NCBI RefSeq assembly: GCF_964355755.1 | Contig: NC_092674.1 | Location: forward strand, 28,334,001 to 28,398,000 | Direction: 5' to 3' | DNA from: Antedon mediterranea | Taxonomy: Eukaryota; Animalia; Echinodermata | DNA: 64,000 nucleotides | Part shown: positions 24,425 to 39,000 of the stretch, piece by piece | Numbering within the stretch: position 1 is the stretch's first letter | Layout of the letters: each line of letters opens with the position of its first letter | Program-made: the position numbers and the translations under genes | The notes under the pieces: model-generated | What the model saw: only the letters and a program-made list of their open reading frames with translations | The model's database searches: none | Told to the model about the DNA's origin: nothing

Positions 24425-26109
24425 TCATGAACCCCCGTAAATAATGTTAACATTAAGCCTAAGGTTCTTTAAGTTTATTTGTTATTTGAAAACCCACGTT
24501 TTGTAAAAAAAATAAATAAACAGGTCTATTTAATTAGGATATGTATATGCTGTTGTAATATTTCACATATATTTTGATTAATAAAGGTAATATCTTATAC
24601 GACGCATTCTGGAGTTTGTGTCTAATAATAATACACATTGTGGGCGAGTTCAAGTCTCGGTTGGGTTAGCTACTTTCACTCACAGCAATCTACAGGGTTT
24701 ATACATGTTGTATTTCACTAATACCTCTGGGAAATGTATACATTTATCTTTAATAAAAATTCATACATATTGGAAAAACTAAAGATAAAACTAAATTTTT
24801 TTAAGTGAATAAATAATTAAAGTTCAGTCTTGGAACTGCATCTACAATTGTTATACAATAATAATAATTATCATGTGATACAGCGTTACATGCCTATATG
24901 ACAAAACAAATGTCATATGTGATGCTGTATTTACTACAGTAACCTGAAAAATATGGCGGACATGGGATACAGTATGAATGAATTTGTCTACAATTAGGCT
25001 TAGTTAAATACTGGTTAAATTGTTTTGTTTCACCCACTGAATATAACTACGCCCATGAAGAAATCTTCATCTGGGTAAATTTATTTTATTTTATTTTAAC
25101 TAAAAAACCTAACATGCGAGGTATGTATCATAGATTCTGATTCATAAACATGTTTGTATATACTGTAACATTAAAAATAATTCCATTATCACATGTAACA
25201 CACATATGATGCTGTATCTAGGAACCTGTCTATGATACTGGACAATTATTGTAAATACAGTGACAAAAACATGTGTATCAAAATTGTATGAATGTTCTGT
25301 AACAAAACTTGTAGTAAGAAAGATTTCTCAAAAACTACAAAGAAAATATAAGCATATAAGGCAGTAAGTTAAAGCGCTACGCTAACTTTAAGTTAAAGTG
25401 TCGCACTCACTTTAATAGCAAAATAAATTTAAATCACACCTAAAACTTGATCAGGCTAAAGCAGATTTGTTTATTGATGGCAAGTTTAATTTGGCCGTAG
25501 CTTTATCAAATGTAATATAAAAGATATCCTGAGACGTCAGCAATTTAAATCACAATCTCTTTGTAAACGAGTTAAATAGCTTTATATATCAAACAAAACT
25601 AAATAGGACAGGACACTTTAAAAAAAATTAAGTGGTTAAGAAAAACCTTTGAAAGATTCAATTTCCTTCTAAATGGTTTTGTTTGCTTTCTCTATAAGAA
25701 TCTACCGTTTGTGATATAAACAACGATAGTGTCAATTTTGGAAATCAAAGTGAGCTTTTACCTTTTTTCTTCATTATATGTAACTTACTGTTAAATTAAA
25801 TTAAATACAAAACGAGGATCGAATTGTGACAGTGGTAGTTAGAGGTTGATTTATTAAAAGTGGACAAGTTTGGAGTCAGTTTCGGATCTGAAAATAACAC
25901 TATACACTTTTCTCATTAATGGGGCAAACTTTATCAGAAAAAACTTTTACTTGCAAAAAAACAATATTTGTACATTGTATATTTATTTTTAGAAGATGTT
26001 TTAGAATTTTCCACTTTATAACTTTCTTTTACATACCTGACATGGAAATTGCACAATAGTAAAGAATCTGACCTGTATAAGGGCACGAGTCGAGTCAATA
26101 TATTCATTT

Positions 26110-26955
26110 CATTACATTGTGAAGACTAGGGGCGCCATCTTGTGTCCACATACAATATATTCAATCTCATTACATTGTGCTTCAGATCGGACAATAAGAC
26201 ATTGGTATCATAAGAAGACAGAAAACTAGGCGCCATCTTGTGTCTCATTACGCTGTGCTTCAAATGGGACATTAAGACATTGGTGTTATGAGAAGACAGA
26301 AGACTAGGCGCCAACTTGTGTCCACATGCAATATATTAAATCTCATTACATTGTGCTTCAGAAGGGACATTAAGACATTAGACTCATGAGAAGACAGACA
26401 ACTAGGCGCCATCTTGTGTCCACATGCAATATACTCAATTTCACTACATTGTGCTTCAGTTGAGACAGTAAGACAATGGTCAAATGAGACAGAAGACTAG
26501 GTGCCATCTTGTGTCCTCATGCAATATACTCAATCTCATTACATTGTGCTTCAGTTGGGACAGTAAAAGACATTGGTCAAATGAGACAGAAGACTAGGTG
26601 CCATCTTGTGTCCTCATGCAATATACTCAATCTCATTACATTGTGCTTCAGTTGGGACAGTAAGACAATGGTCAAATGAGACAGAAGACTAGGTGCCATC
26701 TTGTGTCCTCATGCAATATACTCAATCTCATTACATTGTGCTTCAGTTGGGACAGTAAGACATTGGTCAAATGAGACAGAAGACTAGGTGCCATCTTGTG
26801 TCCTCATGCAATATACTCAATCTCATTACATTGTGCTTCAGTTGGGACAGTAAAAGACATTGGTCAAATGAGACAGACAACTAGGCGCCATCTTGTGTCC
26901 ACATGCAATATACTCAATCTCATTACATTGTGCTTCAGATGGGACAGTAAGACAT
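26110..26955. repeat. 95-97-bp tandem repeat, about 9 copies, just downstream of the TBC1D19 stop
   Basis: Unit GACTAGGYGCCATCTTGTGTCCWCATGCAATATACTCAATCTCATTACATTGTGCTTCAGTTGGGACAGTAAGACATTGGTCAAATGAGACAGAA. Confidence 0.95.
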
Positions 26956-27045
26956 CAGTCTCTCTGACCACTGAAATTTGACATTAAATAAATAAATAAT
27001 AATACTATTAAATATTAGATTTACCGTTGTAGCCAAGTAGATGCA

Positions 27046-30000
27046 TCAACTATTTGAGAAGAGGAACACTTGAAGCAATGGCAATACTTTCATCGTCGTA
27101 ATGTCAGCTAACACGGCTTCAGCCGCGGCATACGATGATGTCTCCATCAAGTTCACCCGACGAAAAGAAAATATAGCTGCTGCAAGGACTAAAAAAGATA
27201 ACAACATCGATCTTATGATAAGTTGATTGTTAAGACGTAAATTTGTTTATTAAAATAATAAGTAACCTGAGATTTATAATATCTTGATCCACGTATTATT
27301 AGAAGTTGCATTAAAATAATAGAAATTAAAGTAACATTAAGACTTCTTAATTCTCTACTTAGTAATTTATTTTCTTGTACGTGATAATAAAAAAAAAATT
27401 CTTTTGAATATTATGTTTGAATTTTATGATGATAAAAAAAAATGTAAAATTAGCTAATAAATGTTTCACATTTTAACTGCATATTTGATTCTTTTAACTG
27501 TAGTTAAAGTAAAAAACATAAACGCATACCTGCTAATAATTCTAATGTACCATAAGCCAGAATACGATCCCATAAATATAGCAACTGATCAGCGGCCAGG
27601 TATCCTGAAAAAGCTCGCATCAACCATTTAAATGCAATTTTTAAACTGTAATAAAAGAAAATTAATATTTATAAATTGTTGATAAGTTCAATCCCAAAGG
27701 TAATAAATATATTTGTAAACATGTAACTGCAGCAATTTGTGTATTATTTCATCATATTTTAATGATTTAAAAGTACTATTGCAAGTTCAGTTTTTTGTAA
27801 TGGTTTTGCTCGATGGAAAGTTATCTGTTGATTGCATGGTCTATTTTTATGATGCAACTTACGGATGAGCTCCCTTTTCTTTAAGATGCAAAAATAACTG
27901 CGGTTGTCGACACTGCAAAATAGTCTCAAACAGCACACAGATTGACAATATTCCCTAAAAAATAATAATAATTAATCTTATATGTTAATTCAAAATAATT
28001 TTGTATAAAATTCTGAAAGTGGTTGCAAATTTACTGGTAAAACTGATTAGAAACCAAAAGACAATCCAAAGTATTCGACGTATGCTACAAAGCAAATACT
28101 AAAGCTCTGTCTACACTATCAAACCTTATGTCACAAATGTGATGTGTCCATATATGGACATGATGATGTCATATCACTACCATATTTTAGCATATCACTA
28201 CCATATTTTAGCATATCACTACCATATTTTAGCATCACTACCATATTTTAGCATATCACTACCATATTTAAGAACATCACACTGTTTTTTTCAAACTAGT
28301 TTGATAGTGTGGACAGACCTTAATATTACATATGTTTTAAAACATAGCAAAATATCTCAATAAAACATAAACAAGCCAAATTACGAGATCATTATTCATA
28401 ATTTGACTGCTTAAACTGCAAAGAAAAAAAAGACAATTTATTCTTTCATAACTCTAATAAAACTTGACAATGTGTCGAATGTGGTTCATTCATTTGAGAA
28501 ATTGTTTAATATCAAAGTTAAGCAGGTCAAAGTCAAACAGCACCTCATTTATGTATATATTACAAAACGAATGAAAATTCTTTGAGGTTTTTATTTACTT
28601 GTTTGCAATTTATTAGCTAGTAGCCTGCGGTATCTATTAAACATGTCAATATTTCGTAGGGATCTACAACTTGATAATGAATGTAAATTGACAGGGTTCT
28701 TTGAAGTGTCCAATTAGAGAAAGTTATTAAATAAAAGAGGTTAGATTGGTTACAAGAATCAAGTGATTCAATTGTCTTTGAAACTACGTTTAAATTCCAA
28801 TATGTGACTTAGGCAATAAGGTGGCACAAAGGTGTTTTGAGATGTGGGTTAGTTATAACATGGAGTAATTATTTAATAAATAATTTCTCCATTGTTTTAA
28901 ATGTTTATCTGGGTGTAACTCTGCCATTTGATTGGTTAATTACATATCACATGTTGTTCAGTATTAGTTCCAATGAACAGAAAAGTGATATTTAACAATG
29001 ATAATGAACAGTACTATTGACCTTTTTGTAAAATGCTTTAAGAGTTTTGTGAATTTTGTAATACAAATTCAAATTTTGCTAACCACTTAATTTTAGTTGT
29101 TTACATTTTGGTAGCAACATCCATAAAAATAAACTTTTGACAGTTTTGGTAATAACTATTTTTTCCTTTAAATAATATTTTTAAAATATCTCACCTGTTC
29201 ATGAGAGGATATTGTGTGAAGTCGGTGAAAATGACGGCAATAAAGTTCACGAAAATTAAAATACAACTTCACTGGATCATCGAATACAAAACAAAGCGGT
29301 ACAACTAATAAGTAAAAACGCATAATATTAGTTTGAAACATTCAACTAAACCACTGAATTATATACCTGGAACAATATTGATCCGGTTTGTGGAACGATA
29401 TTGACCTGGTTAGTGAAACAATATTGACCCGGTCATTGGAACAATATTGACCCGGTTAGTGGAACAATATTGACTTGGTTAGTGGAACAATATTGACTCG
29501 ATTAGTGAAACAATATTGACTCGGTTAGTGGAACAATATTGACCCGGTTAGTGGAACAATATTAACTCATAGTCGAACAATATTGACTTGGTTTAGTCGA
29601 ACAATATTGACTTGGGTAGTGGAACAATATTGACCCGGTTAGTGGAACAATGTTGACTCGGTTAGTCGAACAATATTGATCCAGTTATTAATAATTTAAA
29701 ATCAATTAATTCCTTTAAATATCAATATTTATCTTTTATTAAATCTTATAGTGATAATTTACTATGTGTAGTTCTGGTTATTTTTTTATTTCTTGTTTGT
29801 GTGTGTTTATTTGTGATATAGTCTTGGCCCCTCTGTACTACTGTATATATGTAACTAGCCTTTTTGGGCTTCTGGGGGTTCCGGTTTACCTGATATTCTA
29901 TTTGAAGTTTTTTGACAAATATAGAATGTATGTATGCATATAATATTTTTTTTCTCAAAAGGCTGACCCAGAGCTCATAACAGGCATGACAGGGCTTATA

Positions 30001-33000
30001 CTGTACACTTAATTTCATTTCAAACATAAATGGTATTTAGGTTGAAAATATGTATTGATACAATGATTTTCTGATCTGATAATTGAATGATAATAACGAT
30101 TATGATATGATAATGATAGTATGATTGGAATAAAATAACATTAACTACTGTACTTACGTAGCATTGAAAATCCATGGAAAGGAATGACACCATTAGGCGG
30201 GTAAACAACGGAATAATCGTCTACACCTAACATTCCTTAAAGAGAGAATAAATATGTTAAATTATATAGTGTTACAGGAAAATACTTTAAAATTTAAAAA
30301 ATTACCCGGTTAGTGGAACTATATTGACCCGGTTAGTGGAACAATATTGCTCCGGTTAGTGGAACAATATTTCCCCGGTTAGTGGAACAATATTGACCCG
30401 GTTAGTGGAACTATATTGACCCGTTAGTGGAACAATATTGACCCGGTTAGTGGAACAATATTGACCCGGTTAGTAATAAGTGAATACAAATATTTATTTG
30501 ACAGAGGACCATATTTTTAAAACGTATTAGGGATGTACATATGATTTCAAAACCATCGCGAGATTAAGGATATCTGATTTAAAAGACATATACATACATT
30601 AAGAAGAATTTTTGAAAATGTAAGAAATAACAAAAAAATACAATCTCATGAATTATTCCCACTAACATAAAAAAAAGTGATGAAAACATTTGTTTGTCTG
30701 CGACGTTGCAGAAGACTAAAAAATAAGATTACGGCTGGCGATAGTGACAAGTATTACGTGAGAAAATTAAATAAAACTCCACTTGAATGTGCCAAGAAAA
30801 GGGCAATAATGAGAAGAAAATCTTCAGAGTCGTTTTAAATTATGGTGATGCATCGTCTACTAATAGAACCAGCACTTGCTTGATACCAATAATCCTACGA
30901 CGCAGACCCTAAATTAAATAAATGAGCCGTGGTCGTTGACGTAAAGAACTCACTGGATTACGGAGTACACATTAAATCACTTTGATGCTATCACATTGAA
31001 GAGGTTGATGAAATATTTTCAACCATATATCAAATCACTTCTTTCAGAGTAAAAGAATATATTTTCAATCATTGTAGCTTAAAACACCGTTACAGTGGAA
31101 AATAATTATACAGATCATTGTATATCAATGTGCTGACAGAGTATAGAGAATATATACAACATCACTGTATATTAAAACCTTGTGCGCTGATGGTGTCGTA
31201 AACAATACACGAAATCACTGTATATATTAAACATTGTACTGACTTTGTCGTAAAGAAGATACGAAATCACTGTATATTGTATTGATATTGTCATACAGAA
31301 TACAAAATCACTGTATAATAAATATTATACTGACTTTATCGTACAAAGAATACATAAAAATAACTACACATATATAATAATGAACTGAAGAAGAATACAC
31401 TAAAAGTTTATTGGGTGAAAAATAACATTGTTATGGAGTAAACAAATACAAATACAGTAAAGAAGATTACCACCTATCTGATAGGACAGTGATACATTAA
31501 CTATTGGTAATCCTTGTCCACATTGCCTAAAGACATAAAATTAAAATAAACAAACCTCGTATATATGACTTAGCGGGAATTGCGGAACTGTTAGCAAAAT
31601 GTTTGAGGATGTACGTATCGCGACTGAATAGGAATAAAACTTGATAGAGATTATCTTCAAAGACAAAGTACTGGTCGTCATTTGTTGCCGTCAATTTTAC
31701 ATCCTGTGAACAAAAATGTATTGTATGTCATAATCGAATGTATATAGACAATAATTATAAATGCGATGTGCTTTTTTAAGATGAGGAAAAAAATCACAAA
31801 TAAATTTCATAACAATTTAAAATTTGGATTGTGATAATTTGAACTTCTAAAGCTCTGTCTACATAATCAAACTATAATTTTACAAAAAAAGTGATGTTTC
31901 CAAATATGGTAGTGATATGACATCATCATGTCCATATATGGGCATGTCACATTTTTTTGTCACATAAAGTTTTATAGTGTCGGCTGAAGACTTTTCTTTT
32001 CCAACAAGCTTTTTCATTTCAAACAATTTTGGCTTTTTATTTTATTTAACTTCAATTTATACAGCACTCTGAGAGCCTGCCTATATGTGCTACATACGAA
32101 TAGTAAAACTATTATACTTATGTTATGCGCGATTTGAACGATTTGCGCAATTTGAAATTGCGCAAGTATTTTCTTGCGCAATTTTAAATTGCGCAAAAAA
32201 TTCCTTGCGCAATTTGAATTGAAACATGTGTTTCAAATTGCGCAAGCAACGTATTAAATTGCGCAAGTAATCTGCAAATTGCGCAAGGTTTTTCGACAGA
32301 TTGTGAAATCATGCACGCCCATATTTTTATAGTAATTTCTAAGAATGATTCAAAATTAAAGATAATATCGCATTTCCTTATCCTCCCGGGAGCCTCCCTC
32401 TCGAATTTTCATTCAATTTTCCGAATAAAAAAAAACTCGAATTCCCAATGGTTCTATAAAATACCATATTCACACATAATATGAGGAGAAGGCATAATAA
32501 ATACCAATAGTAATATAATAATTTCAATTCAAATATCAGTACTAATGATGACGATTAATAATACTAATAACAATTGGATTTTTTTAGAAACAATAATTAT
32601 TACGAATTATTAGACGTTTACTATTTAACTTAAAAATTAAATTTAATAACAAAGAAGATCGACCTTTCTAAACCATTCTCAACAACAAATGAGTACAATA
32701 ATAAAAATAAACAAACAGTTCGTTTTCAAATTGCGCAAAGGTGTCATATTGCGCAAGAACTATCTTGCGCAATTTCAAATTGCGCTGCACAATTTGTAAA
32801 TTGCGCAATTGATTGATTGATTTTTTTGCGCAATTTGAAATTGCGCAAGTTGATTGCGCAATTTAATATTGAAATTGCGCAAGAATTCTTTGCGCAATTT
32901 CAAATTGCGCAAGAAAATTCTTGTGCAATTTCAAATTGCGCAAGTCGTTCAAATCGCGCATAACACTTATACTTTATAAAAAAAGTTCTCAATTTAAAAG

Positions 33001-36000
33001 ATGTTTGTCATGGTAGTTTGAGCATCACTTCCATTGTCATAAATGCTAGTTATTGCAATCAAGTTCTTGTTGGATTCGAACTCAAAACCGCTTGAATTTT
33101 GTTCATACCACAATTAGCACAATTGAAAAATCATAACTAAATCTAGTTAAAAATAACATGGATTCATTATACAATTTTTACTAGTTTGACAAAAAATAAA
33201 CATATAACATAAAGTTTGATAGTGTAGACAGAGCTTAAAGGCCCATTCACACTAGGACGATAACGATAGACGATAAATATATAAGCATGCATTTTTTTAA
33301 CATAAAACAAAAGAAATTAGAAAGGGTTTCGTTCTAGGACTATAGAATAATCATTTATGCTGTCTTTGATAAAAATAATATTTTTAAAATTCCAATCAAA
33401 TGACGTCATGATACATAAAAACAATAAAATATTATTGCTCTTACTAATCATGACGTCATTTGATTGAAAGGAAGCATAGATGGTTATTCTATAGTTCTAG
33501 AATGAAAAGGTTTTATATTTCTTTTATTTTATGTATGAAAAATGCAAATTATTGTCTATTATCGTCGATCGTTATCGTCCTAGTGTGAATGGGCCTTTAT
33601 ATTGAATTAATACAGTTTACCTCTTCAATAAAGAATATACTAAAATCTCACTGATATGACTTCCTACTATTAAACTTTAAACGCACTTATTTTGTTCCGT
33701 TTCTTTGTTTATACATACTTTTCAAAAACAATTCCATGGAATTAAAATTATCTAACTATGAGAACATTCAACTTGCGATATCCGTCAAACAAATCCCTTA
33801 CATCATGCTGGCATAATGCTTACATAAACTGAACAATTATTGAGGCTTACAGCTAAGTCTTAAACTCAACATAGGCCTTCAAAACATATCTTTTTGTTTT
33901 AACTTTACATACAGAAACATAATTTACTTAAACTATGAATGTATTTTTTTTCTTTGAACTTTATACTAACTGTTGACTACAGTATGATCAATTATTCTTT
34001 GAAATTAAAGGGTAGCATTAATTTGTTTAACATTTTATTCATTTTAATAACACAAACTGTAAATTGTCTTAAAATAGATAATAATCTTTACTTTATGCAT
34101 AATATTTTTTTTCTAACATTTTTGTAAGTCTGCTTAAAGCTTAGTTCACACTTGATTATATTGTTTATTATAACAAAAAACATTTTTAAAAAAGAAATGG
34201 GCTTATGTCATGATGATTGATCTGCTTTAATAAAATGATCCATTATTCTTTAAAATTAAGGGGTAAGGTATCCTATGAAACCAACTGGGGCTAATATATG
34301 TTTTAATATTGTGGCCACTATTCAGGGAACATTTAGGTGCTGAATCTGTCCCCTAGTTAGAGGTTCTACTGTACTACTAAAGCTTGGTTCCCACTGGGAC
34401 GCAATGCAAAGACATAAGCACAATGCAAGAGGTTCTACTGTACTACTAAAGCTTGGTTCCCACTGGGACGCAATGCAAAGACATAAGCACAATGCAAGAG
34501 GTTCTACTGTACTACTAAAGCTTGGTTCCCACTGGTACGCAATGCTAAGACATAAGCACAATGCAAGAGGTTCTACTGTACTACTAAAGCTTGGTTCACA
34601 CTGGGACGCAATGCAAAGACATAAGCACAATGCAAGAGGTTCTACTGTACTACTAAAGCTTGGTTCCCACTGGGACGCAATGCAAAGACATAAGCACAAT
34701 GCAAGAGGTTCTACTGTACTACTAAAGCTTGGTTCCCACTGGGACGCAATGCAAAGACATAAGCACAATGCAAGAGGTTCTACTGTACTACTAAAGCTTG
34801 GTTCACACTGGGACGCAATGCAAAGACATAAGCACAATGCAAGAGGTTCTACTGTACTACTAAAGCTTGGTTCCCACTGGTACGCAATGCAAAGACATAA
34901 GCACAATGCAAGAGGTTCTACTGTACTACTAAAGCTTGGTTCCCACTGGTACGCAATGCAAAGACATAAGCACAATGCAAGAGGTTCTACTGTACTACTA
35001 AAGCTTGGTTCCCACTGGGACGCAATGCAAAGACATAAGCACAATGCAAGAGGTTCTACTGTACTACTAAAGCTTGGTTCCCACTGGTACGCAATGCAAA
35101 GACATAAGCACAATGCAAGAGGTTCTACTGTACTACTAAAGCTTGGTTCCCACTGGTACGCAATGCAAAGACATAAGCACAATGCAAGAGGTTCTACTGT
35201 ACTACTAAAGCTTGGTTCCCACTGGTACGCAATGCAAAGACATAAGCACAATGCAAGAGGTTCTACTGTACTACTAAAGCTTGGTTCCCACTGGTACGCA
35301 ATGCAAAGACATAAGCACAATGCAAGAGGTTCTACTGTACTACTAAAGCTTGGTTCACACTGGGACGCAATGCAAAGACATAAGCACAATGCAAGAGGTT
35401 CTACTGTACTACTAAAGCTTGGTTCCCACTGGGACGCAATGCAAAGACGTAACCACAATGCAAGTGAGTTGACCAATGACAAAGGACGAATAATCCATCA
35501 CCTGGGATTGGTCAATTTTCTTGCATTGTGCCTACATCCTCGTGCTGCGTCCTAGTGGGAACCAAGCTTTAAGCAAGACTTACAAAAATGTTGGGGAAAA
35601 AAAATTATGCATGAGTAAAGATTTTTTAAGAGAATTTATAGTTTGTATTATTAAAATGAATAAAATGCAAAATTGGCAATAAATTGAAGCTTAGGACAGT
35701 AATAAAATATTTTATAACAGTGAAAATATTCATTAAACATCTTTTTTTTAAATGATTCAGCTAGAACTTTCTTAAATTTGCAATTGTAAACCTTAGGCCA
35801 TGAGATTAATAAATAATTAAAAACCATAAAATAGTGAATGTGAATTCATCTGGCGGAAGGCTTTCATTAAAAATTGATAACTTACAAAAAATTGATTGCT
35901 AATTAATTACCTTTGACCTTTGATCAATAATTAAAACCAATAAAATATCAATATTAATTATAGTACTTTGTATCAGTTCTGTTCATCTCAAACGAACATA

Positions 36001-39000
36001 TACATTGATTAATTAACAATGTTTAAAATAGGAGCATTTTGTATTTTTTATTTGATTTTTTTTTTTTTTTTGGATACAAAGTTATAAAAATTTGTGATAA
36101 AATTGAATTATCATTTTTCCGGATAAAAAATGGAACATTATTTTATCATTATAAGAAAGCATTTTTTAAAATTCTTTTTAAAAAAAGTTTTATATTTTTT
36201 AAATTTATTTTCGTACCTTTTTTGCTTAAGCTCTGTCTACACTATCAAATAGTTTGACAAGAAAGTGTTATGTGTTCAAATATGGTAGTGATATGCCCAA
36301 ATATGGTAGTGGTATGACATCATCATGTCCATATATGGGCACATCACTTTTTTTTTGTCACATAAAGTTTGATAGTGTAGACAGAGCTTTAAGCATCAGT
36401 AAAAAGACAAATAAACCAAGGTTATTGCATAACAGATATTACAATAAATATCTATAGTTTATACCTTGTACATGAGGTCGTCCACCAACATGTCATGTTG
36501 TATAGCATACTTCTTTAATTGCTCGTAATAAAGACAATCCTGAAAGAAAAAACAATAATTTCATTATCAAACTTTAAATTGAATTTTTATTTGCTTTAAA
36601 AGTAACTATGAAGAAAAAACTCTATTTACAGACTGATTGAATTCATGTAAAATTTCCATGGTATGAATCTAAGAAAAAAATATTTGCATAAAGCCTTGTC
36701 CACACTATCAAACATTATGTGACAAAAAATGTGATGTGCCCATAATATGACATGATGATGTCATCACTACCATATTTGGGAACATCATTCTTTTTTTGTC
36801 AAACAAGTTTGATAGTGTAGACAGAGCTTTACGATAAAGTATAACTTTATATATTCTAATAACTAGAAGAATGAACATTAAAACTAATTAAAACTGCACA
36901 GCAGTAACAAAACTTTAAAATAAATTAAAATATTAATAATCTAAATATAGGTCTCTATTTTTCTAAAACTATAATTATGGAGCTATAGTCATAATTATAG
37001 TTAACTAGTCATAATTATAGTTAACTAGTCATAATTATAGTTAACTAGTCATAATTATAGTTTTTTATTCATATTATAGCGACACACAGCTACGCACCTA
37101 TTGTGTCTAAAAGTCATTCTGTACATGCTCAAATGTTTCTGGACATATGCAGAATGACTTTTCAACTCAACAGCTACATATTAGCCAATTCAGTATCTTT
37201 ATTCAATCAATCACATAAAAACGCTGAATTACAGTATTTGTACAAAACGAAAGGACATAAATGATTTTGTCTCACTCAACCTGTTTGTTACTATAGGGCC
37301 GATAAACCACAAAAAAGATCTACATACTGTTACAACTCATCCAAATGGTTTCAGGTAAAAAAAACCTTAATAAATCCTAAGACATTTAAACAAATTCATC
37401 CGGAAAAATGAAAAAAAGAGATTATACTAAGCTGTCACTCAAAATCTGATATTAAGTGAAGTTGAAAGTATGTTAGGTAGTCCGTGGAGTGTTGTGAAAT
37501 TACCTGGGGTATGTAGCAACGACTATTTCAGAGAAAAAACAATGAATTTGTTTGAAAAATATGTGACTTGAATAAAAATAGGCCTATCAATATTGTTCTG
37601 TATTCGCTTTTCCTGTATTGAAATATCAGGAGTGTAAAAGGTAAAATGTGGAAAACATTTTACGGTTCATAAGTTGATATTTAAAGGTCAGTAATGATTA
37701 AGCTTTTTTGGAGATTTTATTTTGAAATTCAAGCGTTATAATTATGATTTACGACAGTATTGATACAAAATCAAAGACAAAGTTATTTATTTAGTATGAA
37801 ACAAAAAAAAAATGAATATGCATGGATCCAGAAATGTGTCTGTTTTATAGTTATTATAATTTTACAACAATACCACAAAACAAATTTTACGAGCATCCAA
37901 TAATATAATTTATTTTATTACATTATTATGGCACCGCTATTCAATTTCTCTTTTTTCTTGTTATCAGGATCAATTTATTCAAACTGAGGTAAGCATCTTT
38001 TTTTTGGGATGAAGCACACCACGTTCTTTTAAGGTATAAATGTTAATATGCTGAGAAATAATACCTCAACAACCGAGACACGGCTATAGTCATTAGGAAA
38101 GAAAACACCTGCATTTATATCTCCATGTGAGGTGGGGTGCTCGCAATAAAAACTCACAGACACGTGAAAAACAAAAACAGAATTTAATTTTGCCTTCTGG
38201 ACCAGATTTGGATGTTAGTTCCTTCCCAAGGTAAGACATTTTTCATCCATTAAAAAAGCATGTTTAACTTTTGAGTACATATGAAAACCACTTTTGGAAT
38301 ACAACATTTGTGTATCCATTTGTGTATCCATATGTATTTTATACATATTTACTTACCGTACAATAAAAATATGGTAAAAAGTATTAAAGATATATTGTTC
38401 CCCTTGAAAATATTTTTTTTTTTCAAATTTTTGGTTGAATATGCCGTTTTAAATGTCGCATAACAATTTACCAAAAACTGAATAAAAAAAAAAATTTAAC
38501 TGATTAAATTATTTTATTTTAAAATTATTATTAAATTGCCTAGGCTTTTGGTAAAATTAACAATTTATTTTATCTTTTTATAAGTGAAATAGTTATTTCT
38601 TTTGTTTTTTTTTCTATAGAAGTGAATAACTTGGTTAAAATTACAAAATAGCCTATTCAAATTCTGATTTTACTAATCTTCATTTTTTGTTGTTTTTGGG
38701 GACACTACATCTTTAACATAACATTTTATACACATTTACTATATTAAATTTATTTTCTGGATTTATCAACTTGGATACAGTAGATAGTAAACGAATGAAA
38801 AAAGTATTTTGTAAGATTAACAAATAATGGCATAAATAATAATTAAGAGCAGTTGACTGTTTGGACCAGGGAGAAAAGCTAAACATATTTTTTTCCCAAT
38901 CAATACTTTTATAAATTGCAATATCTTTCTTTGCATATCTATTACACTATGCCACGAGTCTCATGGGTTTTGGTGCATTATTATACAGGAGATTTATTAC

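Noticed and set aside
34322-35555. 386-aa and 383-aa ORFs on opposite strands
   Set aside because: Translations of a stop-free 69-bp tandem repeat made of transposon ends inside a TBC1D19 intron; no sign of codon-level selection.
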